Source of the DNA: Verrucomicrobiia bacterium
GTDB taxonomy: Bacteria > Verrucomicrobiota > Verrucomicrobiia > Chthoniobacterales > Terrimicrobiaceae
Reading direction: 5' to 3'
DNA: 64,000 nt
Assembly (NCBI GenBank): GCA_037127695.1
Contig: JBAXXX010000003.1
Location: 20,687 to 84,686 of the forward strand
Shown: in pieces, positions 46,204 to 56,012 of the stretch
Layout of the letters: every line of letters starts with the position of its first letter
How positions within the stretch are numbered: the stretch's first letter is position 1
Translations under genes and position numbers: made by a program
The notes under the pieces: model-generated
Database searches by the model: none
What the model was told of the DNA's origin: nothing
The model's input: the letters and a program-made list of their open reading frames with translations, nothing else

Positions 46204-46522
46204 TTATGATGTCGAGCACGCGGGATCCCCGCTCGATCGCCTCATCGATTTGGAAATGGAGGTGCGGAGTATACCGGAGGGCCACGCGCTTGGCGACCTC
46301 CGCCTGCAGGTGGCCGCGCGCCCGCTCAAGCTTTTCGAGGACAGCTTGCTGCTGCCAGGGAACTCCGAGAGCTGAGACATAGACTTGTGCCTGCTTGAGA
46401 TCCGCAGCGACCTTCACCCCGCTGACCGTCACCAGCACGTCCCCGAAGTCGAGCTCGCGCAGGATGATTGCGCCGAGCTCGCGCTTGAGGGCTTCGCTAA
46501 CCCTTTCGAGGCGGTGGTTCAC
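46175..46522 (-). CDS. rbfA: ribosome-binding factor A
   Basis: RLERVSEALKRELGAIIL... and ...YTPHLHFQIDEAIERG. The GTG at 46522 lies 5 nt after the infB stop; the track's ATG at 46564 would overlap infB. Confidence 0.85.
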   Translation of the reverse strand: MNHRLERVSEALKRELGAIILRELDFGDVLVTVSGVKVAADLKQAQVYVSALGVPWQQQAVLEKLERARGHLQAEVAKRVALRYTPHLHFQIDEAIERGSRVLDIINELGLNENV

Positions 46523-46527
46523 CGTGG

Positions 46528-48666
46528 TCAGAGCTGCTGGGGGATCTTCTCGAGCGTGTAGCACTCGATCACATCCTCCGCCATGTATTCGGAATAGTCG
46601 CCCAGCTTAATGCCGCACTCCAGCCCGGCGCGCACCTCTTTGACGTCGTCGGTGAACCGGCGGAGCGTGGCCAGCCCGCCATCGTAGATCGGCTGGCGGC
46701 GGCGGAGAAGGCGCGCGCGCGCGGTGCGAGCGATCCGCCCATCCGTGACCATGCAGCCGGCGACCTTGCCCTTCGTGAGATCGAAGACCTGCCGGACCTC
46801 GGCGTGCCCGATGACCGACTCCCGGAGCTCGGGCTCCAGCATCCCGCTCATCGCGTCGCGGACCTGGTCCAGCAATTCGTAAATGATGCTGTAGAGCTTG
46901 AGCTGGATCCCCTCGCGCTTCGCCGCCAGCGCCGCAGAGTTCTCGGTCTTCGTGTTGAACCCGATGATGATCGCGTTCGACGCGCTCGAAAGCAGGACGT
47001 CCGAGTCCGTGATCGGGCCGACCCCGGCGTGGATGATCTCCAAAGAAATCTTCTTTTGCGGAATGTTCTGGAGCGAGGAGACGATCGCCTCGAGCGAGCC
47101 CTGCACGTCGCACTTGATGACAATCTGGAGGGTCGGCTTCTGGTCGGCGGCAAGATCGGCGAAAAGGTTTTCGAGCGTGGCGCGTTTCGGGGCGGCAAGC
47201 TTGTCTGTCCGGATCCCCACGAGCCGCTCCTCGCCGAGCAGACGCGCAGACTTTTCAGAATCCATCACCATGAGCTCATCGCCGGCATTCGGAAGCCCGC
47301 TGAAGCCGAGCACCTTCACCGGAGTGGCGGGGCCGGCCTCCTTCACCGGCTTTCCCAGGTCATTGATCAGCTGCTTGACCTTGCCCCAGTAGTTTCCGCA
47401 GATGAACGGATCTCCGACGCGGAGGGTGCCCATGCGGACGATGACCGTGGCCGTCGGCCCCCTGCCCTGCTCGACCTGGGCCTCGATGACCGTGCATCGG
47501 GCGTCCACCGTCGAGCTGGACTTGAGCTCAAGGATCTCCGACTGAAGGGTCATCATGTCGAGAAGCTCGCTGATGCCCGTGCCTTTCGTCGCGCTGACCG
47601 GGAGGCAGATGATCTCGCCCCCCCAGTCCTCGGGGACGAGCCCCTGCTCCTGGAGCTGGGTCTTGACGCGATCGATGTTCGCCGACGGGAGATCAATCTT
47701 ATTGATCGCCACCATGATCTGCACCTTGGCTGCTTTGGCGTGGGAAATCGCTTCGAGCGTCTGCGGCATCAGCCCGTCGTCCGCAGCCACGACCAAGACA
47801 ACGATGTCTGTAACCATTGCCCCCCGCGCGCGCATCGCCGTGAATGCCGCGTGCCCAGGAGTGTCGAGAAAAGTGATTTTCTGGCCATTCCGCTCGAGGC
47901 TGTAGGCGCCGATGTGCTGGGTGATCCCTCCGGCTTCTCCTGCGGCGACGCGCGCCTTGCGGATGGCATCGAGGAGGGAAGTTTTTCCATGGTCGACGTG
48001 GCCCATGAACGTGATGATCGGGGCGCGGGTCATGAGCTCGTCCGCCTTCGGCTTCTCCGGCTCCTTCGGCGCCTCGACCTTGACCTCAACCTTGTGGTGG
48101 CCCTTGGACGTGTCCTTTTTCTCGCGCTCAAAAAAGAACCCGTGAAGATCGCAGACCTTGGCGACGATATCCGGCTCGAGCGTCTGGTTGATATTCGCAA
48201 AAATCTGGAACGACATCAGATCCTTAATGATAAGGAAAGGCCTCAGGCCGAGCTGCTCGGCGAGATCCTTGACGATGATCGGAGGCTTGATGTGGATCAC
48301 TTTTCTCTCCGGCTCTCCCGGACCTGCGGTTTCCTGCGCGGAATCCGCCTCGGAATCAGAAGGTGCAACGTCGGGCTCTGGCGCGGCCGATGGCGTCAGC
48401 GGAGCAGGGGCTGGAGGCAGCACCGGAGTGCCGAGCGGCTGAAGAAACGGACGGATGAGCACCTTGCGCGGCCCCTCCGGCTTCCTAGGTTTTTTCTGAG
48501 GCTCCAGAAGGTCGACCGTCGCCATGACAGGCTTCGGCTCTGGCGGCGTAGCCGGTGCCTCAGGAATCTCTGCCCCTGCAGCCAGGGGCTTGTGTATGAC
48601 AGAGGTCGCCCGCTTGGGCTTTGCCGCTTTGTCTTTGCTGGGTTTCTTGGTCACTTTCTCTGCCAT
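46528..48666 (-). CDS. infB: translation initiation factor IF-2
   Basis: GTPase domain [17 protein letters not shown] and DTPGH, with a Pro/Ala/Lys-rich N-terminal region; 712 aa. Confidence 0.95.
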   Translation of the reverse strand: MAEKVTKKPSKDKAAKPKRATSVIHKPLAAGAEIPEAPATPPEPKPVMATVDLLEPQKKPRKPEGPRKVLIRPFLQPLGTPVLPPAPAPLTPSAAPEPDVAPSDSEADSAQETAGPGEPERKVIHIKPPIIVKDLAEQLGLRPFLIIKDLMSFQIFANINQTLEPDIVAKVCDLHGFFFEREKKDTSKGHHKVEVKVEAPKEPEKPKADELMTRAPIITFMGHVDHGKTSLLDAIRKARVAAGEAGGITQHIGAYSLERNGQKITFLDTPGHAAFTAMRARGAMVTDIVVLVVAADDGLMPQTLEAISHAKAAKVQIMVAINKIDLPSANIDRVKTQLQEQGLVPEDWGGEIICLPVSATKGTGISELLDMMTLQSEILELKSSSTVDARCTVIEAQVEQGRGPTATVIVRMGTLRVGDPFICGNYWGKVKQLINDLGKPVKEAGPATPVKVLGFSGLPNAGDELMVMDSEKSARLLGEERLVGIRTDKLAAPKRATLENLFADLAADQKPTLQIVIKCDVQGSLEAIVSSLQNIPQKKISLEIIHAGVGPITDSDVLLSSASNAIIIGFNTKTENSAALAAKREGIQLKLYSIIYELLDQVRDAMSGMLEPELRESVIGHAEVRQVFDLTKGKVAGCMVTDGRIARTARARLLRRRQPIYDGGLATLRRFTDDVKEVRAGLECGIKLGDYSEYMAEDVIECYTLEKIPQQL

Positions 48667-48702
48667 AAATCAATTCTGTACGGGAGGAGGGTTTCATCAC
48701 CG

Positions 48703-49962
48703 TCAAGCGGCGGAGGTGGCAGTGCTTGCCATAGCTGCATCGAGGATCTTCTGCCCGGCTTCGAGATCCACGCCCAAAATTCCTGAAATGTCCTCTGCCA
48801 GTGCGGTTTGGACGGCCTCGATCGAGTTCATGCCTTGGGAAGCGAGCTTCTGGGCGTCCTCCTCGCTGATCGCCAGGACAGAGGCCATCGAGTGGGCCGC
48901 CTCGGCGGTGCGGAATTCCATCACCTGCGCGGCCGTCTTGTCCTCTTGGATATCGACTTCCCATCCGGTCAGCTTCGCGGTGAGGCGTGCGTTCTGGCCG
49001 CGGCGGCCGATTGCCAGCGAGAGGTCGTCCTTGTTGACGAGCACCCGGATGGTCTTGGTTTCCGCGTCTGCGGAGATGCTGCGGATGTTCGCCGGCTTGA
49101 GCGCGGCGGTGGCAAATTTGACGGGATCCGGATCCCAGCGGATGATGTCCACCTTCTCGTTGTTGAGCTCCCGCACGATATTTTTGACCCGGGCCCCGCG
49201 CATGCCGACGCAGGCGCCGACCGGGTCCACCTTCGAATCCTCGCTGTGCACGGCGACCTTCGTGCGAAATCCGGCCTCACGGGCGATCACCTTGAGCTCG
49301 ACCGTGCGGTCGGCGATCTCGCTGACCTCGAGCTCGAACAGGCGGCGCACGAAATTCGGGTGGCTCCTGGAGAGGATAATCTCCGGACCGCGGGACGCGT
49401 GGTCCACAGCCACAACGTAGGCGCGCAGGCGGTCGCCCACATTATAGTCCTCGGTGACGACCCGCTCGCGCGACGGCATGATCCCCTCGAATTTTCCGAG
49501 ATCGATGACGACGTCGGACTTTTCGAACCGGCGGACCGTGCCGTTCACGATTTCTCCGGCGCGGTCTTTGAACTCCTCGTAGATCATCTCACGCTCGATC
49601 TGGCGGATCCGCTGGTTGATCGCCTGGCGGGCCGCCTGGGCGGCGATGCGCCCGAAGTCCTTGGGAGTCACCTCCATCTCCACTTCCTCCCCGGCCTGGA
49701 TATCCGGCTTCACGGATTTCGCCTTGCTCAGGAGGACCTCGTCGTGCGGGTTAACGATTTTTTCCACAGCGATCAGCTTGGCCAGCGCGCGGATCGCCCC
49801 GGACTGCTGGTTGATCTCGATGCGCAGCTCGCGGGTTCCTGCAGTGAAGCTCTTTTTTGAGGCCGCAAGAAGCGCATCCGAGATCGCCTCGACGAGCACT
49901 TCGCGCTTGATGCCTTTCTCCCGCTCGAGGTAATCGAGCATCGCTATTAGTTCGGAATTCAT
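48703..49962 (-). CDS. nusA: transcription termination/antitermination factor NusA
   Basis: 419 aa with an N-terminal domain, S1 and two KH domains (GACVGMRGARVKNIVRELNNEKVDII; IGRRGQNARL). Confidence 0.93.
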   Translation of the reverse strand: MNSELIAMLDYLEREKGIKREVLVEAISDALLAASKKSFTAGTRELRIEINQQSGAIRALAKLIAVEKIVNPHDEVLLSKAKSVKPDIQAGEEVEMEVTPKDFGRIAAQAARQAINQRIRQIEREMIYEEFKDRAGEIVNGTVRRFEKSDVVIDLGKFEGIMPSRERVVTEDYNVGDRLRAYVVAVDHASRGPEIILSRSHPNFVRRLFELEVSEIADRTVELKVIAREAGFRTKVAVHSEDSKVDPVGACVGMRGARVKNIVRELNNEKVDIIRWDPDPVKFATAALKPANIRSISADAETKTIRVLVNKDDLSLAIGRRGQNARLTAKLTGWEVDIQEDKTAAQVMEFRTAEAAHSMASVLAISEEDAQKLASQGMNSIEAVQTALAEDISGILGVDLEAGQKILDAAMASTATSAA

Positions 49963-49986
49963 AAAAAATCGCTTTGCCAGCCGATG

Positions 49987-50010
49987 AAAAAGGCGGGAAC
50001 CGGTCCCGCC
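49987..50010 (-). terminator. intrinsic-terminator-like hairpin in the nusA 5' leader (possible attenuator)
   Basis: On the minus strand, GGCGGGA-CCGGT-TCCCGCC (7-bp stem) is followed by TTTTT, ending 25 nt upstream of the nusA ATG. No upstream minus-strand gene is present for it to terminate. Confidence 0.45.
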
Positions 50011-50124
50011 ATCGCATCGAATGGGAATCCTTCACTATGCCGGACCCTCGCCGCCTGGTCAAGCGGCAAGCTCAGCGAAAGTTTCTCGCCTCTGCGAACC
50101 CCGCCATGGTAGGCTCACGGCCTC

Positions 50125-51159
50125 ATGAAAAAAGTTTTTATTGGAACCGACAGCGGCGCGACGACATCGAAGATTGGCGGGGTGACGGCCGACGGGGAGC
50201 CGGTATCGCTGAAGCTGGCGCAGAGCTCGACGAACTCGCAGCTTGGGACCCAGGCGGTGGTCGCCGGATGGATCGAGGGTGTTAACCTGTTCCTATCGGA
50301 AAACCAGCTGCTTTGGGACCAGGTTGAGGGGGTCGGACTGGCGATCCCCGGCCCCTACCAGTCCTACGGGGTGCTCGACAGGACCCCGAATCTTCCGCCG
50401 TCGTTCGCCGGATGGGAATTTCACGCCGACTATTCCAGGGCGCTTGCCGAGTGCGCCGGGCGCCCGATTCCGCTCGTGTCGGGCAACGACGGAAATTATG
50501 GCGGGGTCGGCGAGGCCGCGCGCGTTCGGGGGAACAAGAAAGCATCGGTGATCATGCTGGCTCCTGGCTCGGGCCTCGGGGCGGCCTATATTGACCGGGC
50601 GGGGCTTCCGCTGGAGGGCGACATGTTTTGCGGCATGGAGGCGGGGCACATGCCGGCCCCTCTGCACCTCCTCGGCCTGCCGGCCTTCACCTGCGGCTGC
50701 GGCCGTGATTGGGGGTGCTTCGAGGCTTACACCACGCTCTCCGGGCTCCCCCAGTACTTGGATTATTTGCTTCCGAAATACCCGGACCACGCCCTCGCAA
50801 AGCAGGGGGTGCCGCCGAAGGAGAAAGCGATGGCCTTGCGCGGCCTCGCTCAGAAGAAAGATCCTCTGGCCCTCGAAATCTTTGACTGCCAGGCGAAGGC
50901 GCTCGGGATCCATGTCGCAAACCTTTCGATCGCGCTCGACGCGGAGTTTGTCGTGATTGGCGGCGGGCTGATCGATCCCGAATCCACGACGCAGGAGTTC
51001 CGCGAGCGGTATCTCTCGGGAATCCGCGTGGCCGCAGAGCCGTGGCTCTACCCGGTCCAGCGGCAGACATTGCAAATCGTCCCGGCGACGCTCGGCGAGC
51101 TTTCGCAGGCGATCGGGGCCGCGCTGGTCGCGCTCTACACGTCGAAGCAGGCAATCTAA
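50125..51159 (+). CDS. ROK-family sugar kinase
   Basis: IGTDSGATTSKIG phosphate-1 motif and the ROK zinc motif CGCGRDWGCFE. There is no N-terminal HTH. Confidence 0.8.
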   Translation: MKKVFIGTDSGATTSKIGGVTADGEPVSLKLAQSSTNSQLGTQAVVAGWIEGVNLFLSENQLLWDQVEGVGLAIPGPYQSYGVLDRTPNLPPSFAGWEFHADYSRALAECAGRPIPLVSGNDGNYGGVGEAARVRGNKKASVIMLAPGSGLGAAYIDRAGLPLEGDMFCGMEAGHMPAPLHLLGLPAFTCGCGRDWGCFEAYTTLSGLPQYLDYLLPKYPDHALAKQGVPPKEKAMALRGLAQKKDPLALEIFDCQAKALGIHVANLSIALDAEFVVIGGGLIDPESTTQEFRERYLSGIRVAAEPWLYPVQRQTLQIVPATLGELSQAIGAALVALYTSKQAI

Positions 51160-51301
51160 GCCGAAAAAGGGGCTCGGCTGGCGCAAGGCATCGGCCGCCA
51201 ACGGCGGCGGACGATGCCCTCCCCGTGTCGTTCTGCTGGATTCTGCGGCAGGGGCGCGCCTTTTCTTGTCAAGCGGGTAAACTCGACTATCCTCATCGTC
51301 G

Positions 51302-51757
51302 ATGCAGCTTTCGATGCGCACAGACTACGCCTTGCGGGCCCTCTTCACCCTGGTTGAATACCACGGGAGCACTCCGATCCCCATCGGCGAACTCGCCCGT
51401 AGGAATGATGTCCCGAAGAGGTTTCTTGAGCACATCATGCTCGATCTGAAAGAAAAGGGCTGGGTGGAAAGCGTCGTCGGGAAGCGTGGCGGCTACCTCC
51501 TCAAGAAAAGCCCCGCAAAGATCACGATGGGCGAGGTGGTGAGGCATTTTGACGGCTACCTTGCCCCCATCGCGTGCGTATCGGTAACCGATTACAGGCG
51601 ATGCTCGCAGGAGCCGGTCTGCCGGTTCCGCCGCGTGCTTTTGCGCGCGAGGAACACGGTCGCCGAGCTGATGGACCAGACCACCCTGGCCGATGTGCTT
51701 CGCGGAGCGCCTGTTGTCTTATCCGAAGTCGCCGGGCTGCATGGCGAGGGAATCTAA
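51302..51757 (+). CDS. Rrf2-family transcriptional regulator
   Basis: MQLSMRTDYALRALFTL wHTH N-terminus. Three clustered Cys (CVSVTDYRRCSQEPVC) are compatible with Fe-S ligation. Confidence 0.85.
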   Translation: MQLSMRTDYALRALFTLVEYHGSTPIPIGELARRNDVPKRFLEHIMLDLKEKGWVESVVGKRGGYLLKKSPAKITMGEVVRHFDGYLAPIACVSVTDYRRCSQEPVCRFRRVLLRARNTVAELMDQTTLADVLRGAPVVLSEVAGLHGEGI

Positions 51758-51843
51758 CCGGATTCGCAGGCTGAAGAGCAGGAACACCAGAAGCGAGAAG
51801 GTCAGCGAATTTGTCCTGCCGCCCCCTCTACGGTTTCTCCAGG

Positions 51844-54105
51844 CTAGTTCTTTTTATTCATGGCGGCGGTGAACCAGTCGACTTGGGGCGCGGAGCTGCC
51901 GCCGTGGCGCTGCACATCGCGGGCGCTGCCTTCGGCGCGGCGCTCCCCAGGCTTCGCGCGGACGAGGTCCACCTTGGATTTCATCGAAAGGGCAATGCGC
52001 TTGCGCGGGAGATCGACCTCCTGGACGGTGACCTGCACGTGCTGGCCTGCCTTCACGACGTCGGCCGGGCTTTTGACGAACTGGTCGGAGAGCTGGCTGA
52101 TGTGGACGAGTCCGTCCTGGTGGACGCCGATATCGACGAACGCCCCGAAGGCCGTGACGTTTGTGACGATCCCGGGAAGCTTCATCCCGGGCTGAAGCTG
52201 CTCCATCTTTTCGATCCCCTCCGCAAAGGAAAACGCCTCGAACTGCTGGCGCGGGTCGCGGCCCGGCTTGGCGAGCTCTAGGAGGATGTCGTTGAGCGTC
52301 GGGAGCCCGACGTCTTCGGTGACATATTTTTTCGGGTTGATTTTGTCGCGCGCGGCCTTGTCCCGGAGGAGGTCGGTGACCGTGCAGGCGAGGTCTTTGG
52401 CGATCGCATCCACAAGCGGGTACCTCTCCGGGTGGACGGCGCTGGCGTCGAGCGGGTGGGCCCCGTCGCGGATGCGGAGGAACCCGGCCGCCTGCTCGAA
52501 GGCCTTCGGCCCGAGGCCGGAGACCTTGAGGAGCTCCTGGCGGGATTTGAACGGGCCGTTTTTGTCCCGGTGCTCGACGATGCTCGCGGCGGTGCGGGAG
52601 TTCAGGCCGGACACGTAGCCGAGGAGGTGCTTGCTCGAGGTGTTGAGCTCGACGCCGACATTGTTCACGCAGGAGACCACCGTGTCATCGAGCGAGCGCT
52701 TCAGGGCGTTCTGGTCGACGTCGTGCTGGTATTGGCCGACCCCGATCGATTTCGGGTCGATCTTCACCAGCTCGGCAAGCGGGTCCATGAGGCGCCGCCC
52801 GATCGATACAGCCCCGCGGACCGTGAGGTCCAGGTCAGGGAATTCCTCGCGGGCAACCGGGGAGGCGGAGTAGATCGAAGCTCCGGACTCGTTCACCACG
52901 ACGACCTGGATCGCTCCCGGCAGCTTGCATTTTTTCACGAAGGCCTCGGTTTCGCGCGAGGCGGTCCCGTTCCCGATCGCGATCGCCTCGATCTCATATT
53001 TTTTGGCGACCGAGTGGAGGAACTCCGCCGCCTCGAGCTGCTCTCGCGCGCTTTTCTCGGGATAAATCACATCGTGGTAGAGGAGCTTTCCCTGGCGGTC
53101 CATCACCGCAACCTTGCAGCCCGTGCGGAACCCCGGATCGATCGCCATCGTGTTCTTGCGCCCGAGCGGCGACGCCAACAGGAGCTCCCGGAGGTTCTCT
53201 GCAAATACCCGGATCGCCTCCTCATCAGCCTTCTTTTTAAAGAGCATCCGGGACTCAGCCTCCATCGCAAACCCGAGCAGCCGCTTGTAGCAATCCTCAG
53301 CAGCAAGCCGGACCTGCTGGGCCGCCGGAAAGCTTCCCCGCACGAATTGCGTGACGAGGATCGCGATCGCCTCGTCCTCGGGAGGGGTGAGCCGCGAGAA
53401 AAGAAACCCCTCGGCCTCGCCCCGGCGGATGGCAAGGATCCGATGCGAGGGCGAGCTGGCGGCCGGCTCGCTCCAGTCAAAGTAGTCCTTGAATTTTGCC
53501 CCCTCCTCCTCCTTGCCGAAAGCGACTTTCGATTTGATGACCCCCTTCGCGAGGTAGAGCGCGCGCAGCTTGGCGCGGGCGTCCGCATCGTCGTTGATCC
53601 GCTCGGCCAGGATATCGCGCGCTCCGGCCAGGGCGGACGCGACATCGGGGACCTCCTTCGCGGAATCCACGAAGGCCGCCGCCTCCTTCTCGGGATCCGC
53701 CGCCGGATCCTGAGCCCATAAAATCTCAGCCAGCGGCTCGAGCCCGCGCTCCTTGGCCACGGTCGCCTTCGTCCGTTTCTTCGGTCGGAATGGCAGGTAG
53801 ATGTCCTCGACTGCGGAGAGGGTTTCGGCTGCGCCGATCTTTGCTTTGAGCTCCTCGGTCAGCAGCTTGCGCTCCTCCAGCGAGGACAAAATCGCATCCC
53901 GGCGCTTGTCCAGCTCGCCGAGCTGCTCGAGCCGGTCGCGGATCGAGGTGATCTGGACCTCGTCGAGCTCGCCGGTCCGCTCCTTGCGGTAGCGCGCGAT
54001 GAACGGGACCGTGCCCTCCTCCTCCAGCAGCACCGCCACCGCCGCCACCTGGCGCGGCTGCAAGCTCAGCTCCTTCGTGATTTTAACAATGTGTTGCTCG
54101 ATCAT
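51844..54105 (-). CDS. tex: Tex-like transcription accessory protein (S1 domain)
   Basis: 753 aa with the N-terminal FIARYRKERTGELDEVQI motif, a YqgF-like region and a C-terminal S1 domain (GIVTNVTAFGAFVDIG). Confidence 0.9.
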   Translation of the reverse strand: MIEQHIVKITKELSLQPRQVAAVAVLLEEEGTVPFIARYRKERTGELDEVQITSIRDRLEQLGELDKRRDAILSSLEERKLLTEELKAKIGAAETLSAVEDIYLPFRPKKRTKATVAKERGLEPLAEILWAQDPAADPEKEAAAFVDSAKEVPDVASALAGARDILAERINDDADARAKLRALYLAKGVIKSKVAFGKEEEGAKFKDYFDWSEPAASSPSHRILAIRRGEAEGFLFSRLTPPEDEAIAILVTQFVRGSFPAAQQVRLAAEDCYKRLLGFAMEAESRMLFKKKADEEAIRVFAENLRELLLASPLGRKNTMAIDPGFRTGCKVAVMDRQGKLLYHDVIYPEKSAREQLEAAEFLHSVAKKYEIEAIAIGNGTASRETEAFVKKCKLPGAIQVVVVNESGASIYSASPVAREEFPDLDLTVRGAVSIGRRLMDPLAELVKIDPKSIGVGQYQHDVDQNALKRSLDDTVVSCVNNVGVELNTSSKHLLGYVSGLNSRTAASIVEHRDKNGPFKSRQELLKVSGLGPKAFEQAAGFLRIRDGAHPLDASAVHPERYPLVDAIAKDLACTVTDLLRDKAARDKINPKKYVTEDVGLPTLNDILLELAKPGRDPRQQFEAFSFAEGIEKMEQLQPGMKLPGIVTNVTAFGAFVDIGVHQDGLVHISQLSDQFVKSPADVVKAGQHVQVTVQEVDLPRKRIALSMKSKVDLVRAKPGERRAEGSARDVQRHGGSSAPQVDWFTAAMNKKN

Positions 54106-54153
54106 AATCGGATGGAAAGCGCGCGATCATGGGCTAACGCCAGCGGCAGTGCA

Positions 54154-54196
54154 AATAAAAGCCCTCGCACGCCCGACTTGCCGGGCAGCCGAGGGC
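54154..54196 (-). terminator. rho-independent terminator downstream of polX
   Basis: On the minus strand, GCCCTCG...CGAGGGC (7 bp plus an inner GCCCG/CGGGC pairing) is followed by TTTTATTT. Confidence 0.6.
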
Positions 54197-54272
54197 GGGC
54201 TGCCTCCAATGGGAGGGGTAGGGGAACGTCTCCCCGCTCCATTGATAACTTTCCCGTCATGCACCCCCGCCC

Positions 54273-56012
54273 TCAGGCCAGCCGCGCGCGCTTCGCCGCG
54301 AGCGCGGGCCGGACATTTTCCAGGGTGAGCGTGTTGATGACATCATTTTTTGTGAGCCAGCCCTTGCGGGCGGCCCCGACTCCGAAGATGAGATCCTGGA
54401 GCGCGGCGGCCGAGTGGGCGTCTGGGTTGATCGAGCACCTGACTCCTTTTTCCTTGGCGAGCGGCCACCAGCGCCAGTCCATGTCCAGGCGTCGCGGGTT
54501 GGCGTTGAGCTCGATGATCGTGCCGGTTTCCGCTGCGGCCTCAATGATGGCCGGGACATCGACGCGGTAGGCTTCGCGCGTGAGGAGGAGGCGTCCGGTG
54601 AGGTGGCCGAGCATCGTCACATGCGGGTTGCTGATCGCCCGGATGATCCGCTTTGTCATCTCGGCTTCGGAGAGCGTGAACGACGAGTGGACGCTGGCCA
54701 CGACGTAATCGAGCGAGGCGAGGATGTCGTCTGAAAAGTCGAGGGTCCCGTCTTTGAGGATGTCGCACTCGGTGCCGGCGAAGAGGTGGAGCGAGGCGTC
54801 GCTGAGGCTGCGGATGCGGGCGACCTGGTCGGCGAGCCGCTTCTCGTCGAGGCCGTGGGCTTGGAACGAGGCCTTGCTGTGGTCCGCGAATCCGAGGTAT
54901 TCCATGCCGAGCTCGCGGGCGGCCGCTACCATGTCTTCGAGGCTGGCGCGGCCGTCGCTCTCGGTGGTGTGGTTATGGAATGTGCCGCGGAGGTTCTGCC
55001 ACTCGATCAGGATCGGCAGCGTGTGGGCCTCAGCGGCCTCGATCTCCCCGCGATCCTCCCGGAGCTCCGGGGCGACCGGGTCGAGCCCGAGCGAGCGGTA
55101 GATATCGTCCTCCTCGTGGATTTCCGGCAGCGGTTCCTTGAGCTCGCGGCCACCGGCGGCGCTGAAGCGGTATTCGTTCAGCGACCACCCGCGGGCCAGC
55201 GCGCGCGAGCGGATGCGGACGTTGTGCTCCTTGCTTCCGGTGAAATAGGCGAGGGCGAAGGGGAATTCCTGGCCGGTGACGACGCGGAGGTCGCACTGGA
55301 TCCCGGACTTCAAGATCACGCTCGTCTTCGTCGCGCCGCGCGCAAGGACCGACTCGACCAGCGGGTGCGTAGCAAAAAACTCCGACACCTCAGCCGGGTG
55401 GCGGGACGAGACGATGAAGTCGAGGTCGCGGATGACCTCCTTCTGCCTGCGGTAGCTCCCGGCGATCCTGGCCTGGCCGACCCCCGGGTGGCTGCGCAGG
55501 TCGTCGAGGAGCGACCCGGCAAGCCCGGCAACATCTCCCAGGCGGAATTCGCCGACGTGTTTCCGGTGGTGCTCGATCGCCTGCAGGATGTTCGCAGCCG
55601 TCTTCTCCCCAAACCCCGGAAGCCCGGAGACCTGGCCGGACAGGCACGCTCGCTCGAGCTTCGTGATCGAGTGGATGCGGAGGGAATCCCAGAGCGCCTT
55701 GATTTTTTTTGCCCCGAGGCCCTGGATTTCGAAGAGGCTGAGGATGTCCGGCGGGAACTCGTCGCTCAGGCGGGTGTAGTCGTCGAGCTTCCCGTCGCGG
55801 ACGAGCGCAGCAATTTTTTTTGCGGTGGCCGGGCCGATCCCGTCGACCGATTCCAGCCGGTCCTCTTCGACGAGCATTTCGAGCGGTTCGGCGAGCGTTT
55901 CCAATGCGCGGGCCGCGTTCGTGTAGGCGCGGATTTTGAACGGGTTCTCGCCTTTGAGCTCGAGGAGCCGGGAGATGTTCCCGAGGACTTCGATGATGGA
56001 GTCCTTGTTCAT
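54273..56012 (-). CDS. polX: family X DNA polymerase with C-terminal PHP domain
   Basis: Internal ATG (MNKDSIIEVLGNISRLLELKGENPFKIRAY). It has HhH motifs (GIGPATAKKI, GLPGFGEKTA) and PHP motifs (HNHTTESDG, ADHS). The upstream 159 codons of the ORF overlap the preceding gene. Confidence 0.9.
   Translation of the reverse strand: MNKDSIIEVLGNISRLLELKGENPFKIRAYTNAARALETLAEPLEMLVEEDRLESVDGIGPATAKKIAALVRDGKLDDYTRLSDEFPPDILSLFEIQGLGAKKIKALWDSLRIHSITKLERACLSGQVSGLPGFGEKTAANILQAIEHHRKHVGEFRLGDVAGLAGSLLDDLRSHPGVGQARIAGSYRRQKEVIRDLDFIVSSRHPAEVSEFFATHPLVESVLARGATKTSVILKSGIQCDLRVVTGQEFPFALAYFTGSKEHNVRIRSRALARGWSLNEYRFSAAGGRELKEPLPEIHEEDDIYRSLGLDPVAPELREDRGEIEAAEAHTLPILIEWQNLRGTFHNHTTESDGRASLEDMVAAARELGMEYLGFADHSKASFQAHGLDEKRLADQVARIRSLSDASLHLFAGTECDILKDGTLDFSDDILASLDYVVASVHSSFTLSEAEMTKRIIRAISNPHVTMLGHLTGRLLLTREAYRVDVPAIIEAAAETGTIIELNANPRRLDMDWRWWPLAKEKGVRCSINPDAHSAAALQDLIFGVGAARKGWLTKNDVINTLTLENVRPALAAKRARLA

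Noticed and set aside
46804-48786. 660-aa plus-strand ORF.
   Set aside because: It is antisense to infB, whose GTPase motifs are clear on the minus strand.
51160-51301. Possible promoter or operator (TTGTCA-N16-TATCCT) upstream of the Rrf2 regulator gene.
   Set aside because: It rests on hexamer matching alone in GC-rich DNA, with no palindromic Rrf2-type operator that I could define confidently.
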